Assembly (NCBI RefSeq): GCF_001194135.2
Contig: NC_068997.1
Location: forward strand, 55,393,411 to 55,457,410
Direction: 5' to 3'
Source: Octopus bimaculoides
Taxonomy: Eukaryota
DNA: 64,000 bases
Made by a program: the position numbers and the translations under genes. Below are positions 54,001-64,000 of this stretch, piece after piece. Every line of letters starts with the position of its first letter. The stretch's first letter is position 1. The notes under the pieces were generated by a model. That model saw nothing but the letters and a program-made list of their open reading frames with translations, was not told the origin of the DNA and searched no databases.

Positions 54001-54345
54001 GTTGTACTTGGGGATGGTCATATTGCCAGTTTAGCCAATAAAAACACACGCACTGTATATTTGGTGTTAATTTGCTTCAGCTTTATATTACATTAATCTT
54101 AATCTTATTTCGGCCAGAGTTCTTTCGTCACACTTCTGTGACCTCATCAGTGGTCCTTTGTTTCCTTCTTTCTTATGTGTGTCTCACCTTGCTAACTATC
54201 AGCCATTTTGTATTTTGTATTCCTATTGTATGTGTCTACGCATGCGTGTCCTTCAATGTGTCTGTGTCTTTTGTAAGTGCATGTGTGTATGGGGAGTGTC
54301 TGTATCACCTATATTCTGTTAATACGATTTCACATCAAAAATCTT
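54001..54345 (-). mobile_element. Penelope-like pseudo-LTR fragment carrying a hammerhead
   Basis: Contains the HHR at 54112-54156; bracketed by an inverted duplication of flanking DNA. PLE assignment is inferred from the minimal HHR architecture. Confidence 0.55.
54112..54156 (-). ncRNA. Minimal type I hammerhead ribozyme motif, catalytic core intact
   Basis: Reverse complement GGACCA-CUGAUGA-G-GUCAC-AGAAGU-GUGAC-GAAAG-AA-CUC-UGGCC: stem I CCA/UGG, 5-bp stem II, 2-bp stem III, CUC cleavage triplet. Confidence 0.8.
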
Positions 54346-54499
54346 GCAAACCAAATATATATATATGTATATATATATAGTCAGCATGCTATAAAAATTT
54401 ATATGTAATTTATACATTAAATTAATAGCAAGTATATTATTAATTTAATATATGTGTGTGTTTGTGTATATATATATATATATACACACACACAAAAAT

Positions 54500-54509
54500 N
54501 NNNNNNNNN
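54500..54509. other. Assembly gap (10 N)
   Basis: Run of N. Confidence 1.
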
Positions 54510-54783
54510 TATATGTGTGTGTTTGTGTATATATATATATATATACACACACACAAAAATTTATATAAGGATAAGATCGTTATTTAAAATACCGATCATA
54601 TCAAGTGGCCAGCATGGGAATAAAAACCTTACAGGTAATAATTTTTATTAAAATTATAATTAAGGGTATCTAAAAGATACCACCATGCTAGAGATAGCAG
54701 TCAAAACCTGACTCTAAAACCACATCACATATTTATACAACACCAGGAGAAAAGAGAAATAGACAAATAAACTAGCAAAAAAG

Positions 54784-54901
54784 TATTGGATAATCCCAGA
54801 TCTGGATTTCTGGTTCTGTATAAAAATATACTCTACCTCATCAGTGAGGCAGAATATATCTTTATACAGAACCAGAAATCCGGATCTGAGATTATCCAAT
54901 A
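54784..54901. mobile_element. ~118-nt fold-back element (MITE-like), TA at both ends
   Basis: 51-bp arms with about 4 mismatches (TATTGGATAATC.CAGATC.GGATTTCTGGTTCTGTATAAA.ATATA.TCT) plus inner CCTCA/TGAGG stem. Confidence 0.7.
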
Positions 54902-54984
54902 ATTCTTTGTTAGTTTATTTGTCTATTCATCTTTTCTCCTGGTGCTGTATGAATACACACACACACACACAAAATGGTCTTCGT

Positions 54985-55120
54985 TCAGATTCTGTCTTGC
55001 ACATCTACCCACAAGACTTTGGTCAGCCTGAAGCTTTACCCGAAGTGCCACATAGTAAAACTGAACCAAGAACCCTGTGGTTTGGAAGCAAACTTCTTAC
55101 CACACAGCCACGCCTGTGCC
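54985..55120 (-). mobile_element. SINE family A head
   Basis: ctacccacaagactttggtcagcc...ctgaaccaagaaccctgtgg...cttaccacacagccacgcctgtgcct. Confidence 0.75.
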
Positions 55121-55432
55121 TGTGTATGTATATGAAATTTCAAAATCTAGATTTATGATACATAAGATTTTACATAGAATTCGATGAATATAATTATGTC
55201 CTGTTATTTTACATTGAAAGTTATGAATACAATTATGTAGAACATACATTTTTTTAAAAAAGTTTCTTCCCATCCAGATTTCTGAGAATACAGGAATAAT
55301 TTGAGAAATCAAGAATATTAAAATGCATTTTATTTTCTCTTTAATATACTCTGTATTAGACTTTTGGTTATAATATTCTGTGATCATTTTCATTTGCATC
55401 ATTCCTGCATCCTCTTCCTACTCTTTCCTCTT

Positions 55433-55471
<39 letters not shown>

Positions 55472-55596
55472 ACATGTGTGCATTCGTGTGTGTGTGTGTG
55501 TATGTGCATATATTTTGGGCATTGAATTTATTGAATAATTGCAATGCATGCAAATCTTGTGCCCTTGATTCCCTTCTATAACTTTACAGCCAAATA

Positions 55597-55627
<31 letters not shown>

Positions 55628-56094
55628 CGCACACTCTTATGTACTAAGTTCTTTTTCTCCTCTTTGTCCACCAAATATAAATATATAAATACACCAAACA
55701 TACATGACAATAATATTATACATGTGTGAGTGTGAGTGAGTGTGTGTGTTATATGTGTATATAAGTGTAGCAGCTTGCTAGAAACAGCAGCCTAGCCTCC
55801 AGCAAGTCACACCCCACTAGTTTATAAAATGAGAACTCATTGGATGATATTGGTCCAATTATGGTATGTATTAAAAGAAGATGGCATAATCATATATTCT
55901 GCTTTATCAGAGCAGACAGACCTAGGGCTAAACAAGCAGTGTGACTTTGGAATTATTAAGGAGCACATTCGAAAGTCACCTTAGAAAATGAATACCTGCA
56001 GTTTAGACCTAATTAATGCAGCGTGTGTATGTGTGCGTAGGATGTCTGGATGTCTGACAAATGATCCAAGAAATTATTCATTGAGTGGCACGCA

Positions 56095-56268
56095 CCATCA
56101 CTTGACAACTAAAGTTGGTGTGTTTTCATCCCCATAACCTAGTGGTTTGGCAAAAGAGACCAATAGAATACGTACTAGGCTTACAATAAGTTCTGGGTTG
56201 ATTTGTTTTACTAAAGGGGTTGCTCCATTATGGCCACAATCAAATGACTGAAGCAAGAGTAAAAGAAT
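56095..56268 (+). mobile_element. SINE family A, 3' half
   Basis: cacttgacaac...ggcaaaagagaccaatagaata...tgctccattatggccacaatcaaatgactgaagcaagagtaaaag. Confidence 0.8.
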
Positions 56269-56279
56269 GAATATATATA

Positions 56280-56366
<87 letters not shown>

Positions 56367-58414
56367 ATACATACACAAACACACAGATATATAAGATGTT
56401 GTTGTGTGTACATTTAACAGTGCACACAGAAACGCTGAATTGTAATTTGTAATTTCTCTTGAACTTGCTCACAATGGCAATTTTTCTTTCTCTTTTCCTT
56501 GGAATCATGAAAGACTATCAACATCGCTGTCCGGATTTAACCTCTGCTTCAAAGTGACAAAAGGTGTCATTTGTTGCCTTCATGAATCTGATTACTTACT
56601 ACAGTTTACATGAATTATTTTATTTTATTTTAGTCATTACAGAGAAATGTAAAACAAAATATTAATTCTTTTTTTGTTACTTGGAATATCCTCCATCTAT
56701 TCTTCATTTAATCATTTATCAATAAATCATAAATATTTAAAAAAACCATGACAAGCAAACAACATTAATATTAAAATGAATAAAGTTCCATTATTGTATT
56801 TAACTGCTGACTTAAGCACATAAAATATTTGTTAGTTTGCAATGATGCACTTTTAATCAGATGTTTCATTCAACCACATACTGAGGAGGGATATAATTCA
56901 GAAATATCATGTATGGGGAAGAGTTAAATAGAATTATTAATTATTATTATTATGCCCTGGCTGGCTCCGATTAGACTTCAATCCATTTCTTTATATTATT
57001 ATATCTGGTTCAAAATATTGCAGAATGTCATATATGATTGCCATTCAAAATTATTTCAGAAGGCAAGAAAAATATATCAGGTGAATCAATATTTGATAGT
57101 AATGATAGTTCATTTTAGAAGAAATACATAGAATAATATTTATGTTATGTTACCAATTCCACAATACGACTAATAACAACATTTCAACTTGAAAACAATC
57201 CAAATGAGTAATCAAGTCTTAATGTTCACATTAATTCTCCAGATGAGAACATCTAAGACACCATAAGCCTTCTTTTCTTATGATAACAAATGAAGCACAA
57301 CAGACTAACAAAAAAAATCTATTTTTGGTAACTACTTTACATTTAATCTTTGTAAAGAAAAGATAAAAAGAAAATGGATTGTTTTCAATGATTTCTTTTG
57401 GCAATAAATGCTGAACAGGATTTATTCGGTTCCACAGTAGACACTTTTATCTTTAGTGAAAAACAACTTGACGTTTACTTATTGAAATTTAACAGGAATT
57501 TCCATTTGAAAGAGAACATCATACAACCATCTGGCTAGAATTTGGTGGTTATTTATTATTTTTTTTTCATCCAAATAACTGAATAACAAAAAAGAACACC
57601 TTCTGTTGCGCTACACTATAATTTACCATACATTGTTGCACAATGGGATCAAATGGTTTAAAAGTTTCAAACCAGATGCATATGTTTTAATGAGATCTAT
57701 GTTCACTGTAGATACATCAAACAATTCAATCCAGTTTTTTCTTTTCATAATCTTGGAAAAACATGTAAAATAACTAAATCTACAGATCTATAAACCAGTA
57801 ATCAAATTGTCTCAAGTAAGAAGAAAAATGAAAGTAGGGAATTGAACAGCCAGAATTTACCATTTATACTAACATTCAAAAACAGTGTCTGTTTCAATAT
57901 CTTTACTAACTTAGAATTTTTTACCAGTACAGTTTTTTTTTTTAACCTTTACAATACTATACAATCTTTTACTTTTGAAAAGGTGCTATAGATCAGTGGT
58001 ACCAAAATTTGAGCCAGTAACTATGTAAAGCAATAATTTAATTCAATATGAAATCTCCAAACAACAATTTATAATTGGAAAAGAAAAAAAATGTGATTTT
58101 TTAAAGAAAAGTATAACAAATAGTGTCAAACAAAATGTTTTGGGATATTTACTTAAGTCCCTTTACATTAAAATTTCAAACCCCCAGGAATAAATTCTGG
58201 TAGGGTTGATAAAATAGTGAGACTTCAGTCAAGCATAGGCAAATGTTTTCTAGCAGTGGCATAAAATATATTACACATCATAAATTGGGTTATATCTTGA
58301 ATAATAATAATTTAATAAATTTCTTATCGTATTTTTACCATAAAGTACATTATATAATACATCAAGCAAATGATAAATATTAGTTTCAAATTTTGGCACA
58401 AGGTCAGAAATTTC

Positions 58415-58600
58415 TGAGTGAGGGGGTAAGTCGATTACATCGACCCCAGTTTTCAACTGGTACTTATTCTATTGACTCCAATAGAATGGAAGGCAAAGTT
58501 GACCTCAGCAGAATTTGAACTCAGGATGTAGAGAAAGGTGAAATGCCACTAAGCATTTTGCACACCGTGTTAATGATTCTGCCATCTTATCGCCCTAGCT
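58415..58600 (-). mobile_element. SINE family B
   Basis: aagtcgattacatcgaccccagttttcaactggtactta...ggcaaagttgacctcagcagaatttgaactcag. Confidence 0.85.
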
Positions 58601-59419
58601 AATGACGAATATTAAATTCTGGGAAAGCTTAAGAAAAGAGAGAAAGAGATGAAATTATTCAAAGTAAGAATTTAACCTGAAAATTGTAATAAAATTTTCC
58701 TAAAATATGGTATGGTTATAAGTGTCATACAGAAAGGGATAATAGGCTGCTGCGTCCAAGAGGCCAAGTACTATGAGTCGATCAGAGTTAATGTAAACAA
58801 TCAAATATCTCAAAAAGTGTGTGACCTTGAAGAATTAATATTTAACATAGAATATAAAAACTTATTGTAATCTTCAATATTTATTGTTAATTTTCACTTT
58901 GTTATGGTAATATATACAAATACTTAATGCAAATTACCCAAGACCACCTCTTGTTCTATGATACAAACTTTCTGTTATAAAATAATCTGAAAGCCTTCCA
59001 TCAAAATTTCATGTTACGTTCTAACCACAAGTTTAATAATAATGACAACATTATATTACTAAAGCTTTCTTTATTTTCAAAATTAACTGAAACAAAAGCT
59101 GTGTATTTCAATAGAAATATGGTAACAAAAGAGTTAAGAAATCATTTTGAATTTGTATGCATTCCTACTTTTCAAAATATTCTAATGTTATGTCAGTCAA
59201 TCTCAGTTTTAATTTTTTTGTTTTTCTTTTGTTTTGTGTTGGAAATTTATCAAATTGAAAATGAGATAAGCAGCAACAGAAAACAATATCTATATTAATG
59301 TGACCTTAGCGACAAGCTATAATAATAATTCCTTATCTTTACATTTATTTTGACCAGCCGTTGTTGCAAGCTTGGTCAGCTGCAATTAGTCATAGGTACA
59401 TGAACTCTTGAATTATACA

Positions 59420-59750
59420 GCTGGAAATGCCACTCAGTAGAAACACTTCTGTTGAAAAGAGAATTATTCATGTTGTTTGCAGCAAGAGATAGTTCTGACT
59501 TGTGAAACAATGAACCGGTTCAAATCAGTTTAGTAAATAACCAAAGGTGGAATTTATCACAATATAGCAGCCCTCCAAAGATTGTCTTGTATATAATAAG
59601 TGCTTTGTGAAATCTATTGATTCTGTCAAAAATATACTTTCTGAAGAGTTGAATATAACTATTTGCTACTGTAAAATATCCATAGAGGAATCACTAAATG
59701 AAATCACTGTTTCAAATAATGAGACTGCTGATTGTGTTAAAGAGTGTCTA
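59420..59750 (+). mobile_element. Possible decayed hAT (Buster-like) transposase fragment
   Basis: MPLSRNTSVEKRIIHV resembles IPLSNNTVxRRI; downstream frames broken. Confidence 0.3.
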
Positions 59751-59889
59751 TTGTATAAATTATTAATTATAAATTGAGAAGTAGTAATTAACACTAGAAT
59801 CTTGAAATAATAGCTAAATTGTTTATAACTTTTCACTAAAGACAACTAAATATAGAATTGGCTTTTAATTACAATTGAATATATCTATT

Positions 59890-60050
59890 ACAATGGCTTC
59901 TGTGGTTAAGAATTTTGTTTCCCAACCATGTTGTTCCAAGTTCAGTCCGACTGTGTGGTACCTTGGGCAAATTTTCTCTAATACATTCTGCAGCTGACCG
60001 AAGTTTGATGAGACAATTTGGTAGACAGAAACTGAAGGCAGCCTGCTGTG
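59890..60050 (+). mobile_element. SINE family A head
   Basis: ggcttctgtggttaag...gttcagtccgactg..ccttgggcaa...gtagacagaaactgaagg. Confidence 0.75.
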
Positions 60051-60134
60051 TACATACACACACACGCACACACATATATAAATATTTAAAAGGAACAAAG
60101 GTCCTTCTCATTAGGCGTGTTTCTGAATTCTGTG

Positions 60135-60250
60135 GTGTACATATTCCACCCCTGGATGAGATGCCAGTCCATTGCAGGATTATGCATTTACAACGGAGTG
60201 AAGTGGAGCAACGTGAAATGCAATGTTTTTGCTCAAGAACACAATGCCTC
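60135..60250 (-). mobile_element. SINE family C fragment
   Basis: ggagtgaagtggagcaacgtgaaatgcaatgtttttgctcaagaacacaatgc. Confidence 0.7.
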
Positions 60251-60429
60251 AATTACCAATACACAAAAATATTAAAGATGAATCAGAGATGATAGTAGAG
60301 TTCGATTAATGAAGCAATGCTACAAGTAAAACATATCAATATTCAATCACATATGTTATTTCATTCACTCTCTTTTGTCCACATTTTCAAGTAAATTTCA
60401 CAAATTGATTTTACCAGCAGATCATTCAG

Positions 60430-61170
60430 TATTTCATTTTAAAAATTAACAAGCTGATGCTTATTTAGATATTCCTCTTTATTAATTAGCCATTTAAATG
60501 ACTCAGAATGTTTTAAATGGGATTTCGGACTGGTTAATTTTGAAGCTGTATCATTATTTTCTTTAAAGTCGCTCTTCTCTTTCACATTATCATTAACAAT
60601 TTCCCATTATCAATCTCGCATTTAACAAAATTTCATCAACATAGCATCAATTGTTGGTATGTCTTCATAAGATTTTAAAGCTCTTTCAATGATTTCGTAT
60701 TAGCCATTATCATTATGGACAAAAACAGCCTATACTGGTTTGGAAATTGAGGCATCTTAAGATTTAATTACCATAATTAAAGGGTTATATGTATTATCTT
60801 CTATTCTACTTTACCTGTGGAAACACTTCAATTTCGACTGTATCTCATCACGTTGCAGTTTTTAAAATGTCTCATTTTCCATTCATCTTCTTTTTTTCTC
60901 AATAAATTATCAACATTACATCAATTATTTTTAGTTTAAAATTTGTTTGTTAAACATCTGTTGTGTTGTTTACACTTCTTATACAATATTTCTGAATTCT
61001 CTTTATAATCTTTATTGAAGTATCTTTAAATTTTTTTTCTTAGCAAGGAAACTATGAGAATCTCTTCTAATGTGTCTAATAAGACTTAGTACAAGAGGTT
61101 TAAATGCTATTGCTGATTCTTGTATTTCTTTGAGTTTTGACATTTTTCTACATCTCAGTTTAATTTTGAT
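60430..61170 (-). mobile_element. Possible heavily decayed pogo/Tigger (JRK-like) transposase C-terminal remnant
   Basis: Broken minus-strand frames: AFKPLVLSLIR (cf. FLPPNVTSLIQP), ..WEIVNDNV.., SHLKHSESFKWL; low similarity. Confidence 0.3.
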
Positions 61171-62126
61171 TTTATCATTGACTTTTTTTTTTCAAATCAT
61201 CCTTTGGACTATATTTTAATTTAGAGGAAATATTGACTATAATTTAGACACATGAAGCAGTGATAATTAACATAAAACTGTTTGCATCTTTATTAAACAT
61301 GTTTGTGTATACTCAAATATGGAATGGTCACTGCTATGATAACATCTTGAAGAGAAATTAAGCAATGCAAGTTGGGGTACAAACGATGTCATCAGACTGT
61401 AGGACACACGTTTCTGTGTTATGCCTCATCAGCAATAGACACTGAACCTGTCATTCACAACCCACTGAGAACTGCCATTCTCACATGTAAACAGAAAAAT
61501 AATAAATTTGCTGGCAAGTGCAAAGCTTTGTCAAGCTATAATTTATTAAAAGTACATTAACCAGTGATAATTAAAATAAAACAGTGTGCATTTCTATTTA
61601 ACATGTTTGTGTGCAGTCAAGTGCAGAAAGACATCTGCTGCAAGAACTGTCTTGGAATAGAAATTCTCCTCACAGTCAATGTATGAGAAAACACATTGAA
61701 CTAGGGTAAGGATGTGTCTGCATTGTTGCACTTCTTCAACTTCAGACATCTGTACAACAACCATAGTGCATTAGAAACTATTATTCCTCTACGTAATCTA
61801 TGAGTAATAAATTTGCAGGTGTACAAAGCTTTATTTTAGTTGGATTTGATTAAAGGTGCAACAACTTTCTTTTTGTGCCAAAGGAATCTCTATATTGGAA
61901 ATACTAGTAATAATAGCTGAATTACCCTCAAATCACACCACACTATCTTATAAAAGGCGAGCAAGTTAAATAGTATAGTAGTTATGTGTGTGTGTGTGTG
62001 TATATATAAAATTGGATGGCCATGGCCAGAGTATTCTTGAACATGTCTGCTCAGACAGATCTTATCTGGGACTAGATAACATTTTTTTCATTGAATAAAA
62101 GGAAAATAATAATATTTTTGGCTGTT

Positions 62127-62246
62127 CTAGAAATTTTCAACAGATTCTAATAAATCTAGAAATTTTCAATGGATTCTAATAAATCTAGAAATTTTCAATG
62201 GATTCTAATAAATCTAGAAATTTTCAATGGATTCTAATAAATCTAG
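62127..62246. repeat. Minisatellite, 4 x 29 bp
   Basis: Unit CTAGAAATTTTCAATGGATTCTAATAAAT; three copies identical, first has two substitutions. Confidence 0.95.
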
Positions 62247-62614
62247 GGATAATTTGCTGCTACTGCTGTTAACCCTGCTGCTGCTAGTAAGTATAAATAT
62301 GATGAAAGAAACAAAATATTTGACAAGAAAAATGCGTCAATACAACAGAAATGTTAAACTTGAAATCTTTTATAAAGTGACAAATCATTAATTCATACTT
62401 ATTTCTTCTTCTGTAACTTACTGATAAACTATTGATACTGTTCATTGCATTTTATCCAAATAACTTCTAACCAAATAACACACAAAAGGATCGGATGATT
62501 TTTAATATAACATTTTTATGTAGATTAAAGTTTTGTTTTTATTCTTCTTCAGGTGACTTATCATAAATTTACATCCTTTTATAAAGTTTATATGATTAAA
62601 ACTGTGTTGTAGAC

Positions 62615-62830
62615 AATTAGGTGCAGACAATGCTGTGCGGTACGAAGTTTGCTTCCCAACCACATGGTTCCAGGTTCAGTCCCACTGTGAGGCATCTTGG
62701 GCAAGTGTCTTCTTCTATAACCCCAGGCAGACCAAAGAACTGGGAATGGACTTGGTTAGTGGAAACTGAAAAGAATCTATTGTGTGTGCCTCTTCCTTTT
62801 GACATTGTATGATAGTTGTAAATGAGTGTC
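62615..62830 (+). mobile_element. SINE family A-type head and body
   Basis: ccacatggttccaggttcagtcccactg..cttgggcaagtgtcttcttctata...gaaactgaaaagaa. Confidence 0.8.
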
Positions 62831-63282
62831 ACTGTTATACAAGATTTTAATGGTGTGACTGATTATTTTTAGAAAGACATTGTAGGTTAGGTGTGAGATG
62901 TTCGATATGGCCAGTCTGAACTTAAAAGAGGCACAATATTTTGGCCAGATATAATCCGTTTAAATACTGGAAAGGGTTAATAAATAATCACTGCTAAGAA
63001 TTGTTCATTATATTTCATTCTATCTGCATCATTATTATCGTTTGTCTTGGCAACATCTAGTCACACTGAAGTCAATAAAATGACCCCTTTCCTATTTCCA
63101 ACACAAAAATAAGGTCACTGCACATCACACAAATATAAAATGATTACATATCACAGTTATTAAGAAAAAGAATAATACAAATCATATTTACTTCTCCTAT
63201 GAAGTTTTTGATACATCACTGAAAACAAAGTTTCTAAAACTAGTATCTAATTTTTATGAAAATTTGAACCTTTGTTTCCTTA

Positions 63283-63316
<34 letters not shown>

Positions 63317-64000
63317 TTGACATCTTATGGCTGAAATAACACATACACACACTCGGGTATATATGTATATATAACTAACAAATAATACAAAAAAAGCTTT
63401 TTCTAAAAATGCTTTGAAATTTATTATTACTATTGTTGTTGTTGTTTCAAATGGAACTTCCCTGTTTGATATTGTTGAATTGCAAGATAGTCATTAGTAT
63501 AAAGAATGTTTTGAATTACATCCTGGAGTTAAAAATATAAAATTTAAAATATGAACATTAAATGATCATTTGAGGTGACCTTTAAAAACCCAGTCTTTTA
63601 TTTGAATGTATCATTGGAAAATTTCAAATTTATTTCTTTACAGAATACACAGGATAATTGATTTTTATTAGCATAAACAGAAATTTAAAAAAATAAAAAG
63701 CAAAAAAAAAAAAAAATAAGAAAGATATATTTGAAAAATTATTGCAGCTTGTAAAGTTTTGTGAAACTGTTGCAATGTATTCTAGTATCATCTACAATGT
63801 TTATTCATGAGGGGGAAAAACACAAGAAAATAACATAATAAATTGATAATTGTTTAGAAAGCTACATCAGTTTTTGTTGTTGTTATTATGTTAGTTTAGC
63901 CCAGTTTTATATTTTTATACTATATATACATCAAATCTAGTTGTATGATATTGCTGCTTTAACCATTTTGGATTATAGTTGGTTGGTTCTGGAGCTTTGA

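Noticed and set aside
54450-54560. Direct duplication across the 10-N gap
   Set aside because: Identical sequence on both sides of a nominal gap suggests an unmerged contig overlap.
61390-61432. Minus-strand CTGATGA...GAAACGT hammerhead-like spacing
   Set aside because: No stem II pairing, triplet GUG violates NUH, and no stem I.
62127-62246. CRISPR-like array
   Set aside because: Contiguous repeats without unique spacers, in eukaryotic context.

Overview
AT-rich, microsatellite-dense eukaryotic DNA with three N-gaps (3947-4412, 13489-14074, 54500-54509). The SINE families and the (CA)n/(TA)n load suggest a coleoid cephalopod, probably Octopus (inference). I could not confidently identify a host protein-coding gene. 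Most listed ORFs are microsatellite or repeat artefacts, and a few short plus-strand exon candidates are given only as low-confidence findings. The window is dominated by mobile DNA: many tRNA-derived SINE copies (my labels A, B, C, plus an RTE-like tail E), a non-autonomous Helitron, and decayed R4-type, RTE-X and RTE LINEs, Tigger/pogo, possible hAT fragments and MITEs. The most interesting signal is a set of minimal type I hammerhead ribozyme (HHR) motifs of the Penelope-like (PLE) kind, from at least three distinct families. One family is a short element combining a tRNA-derived Pol III head, an (AAT)n spacer and an HHR-bearing tail. Two of its copies have target-site duplications and an inverted copy of their own 3' end placed at the 5' end, which suggests a SINE-like parasite of Penelope machinery. 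SINE and TE-remnant boundaries are approximate, read by eye.
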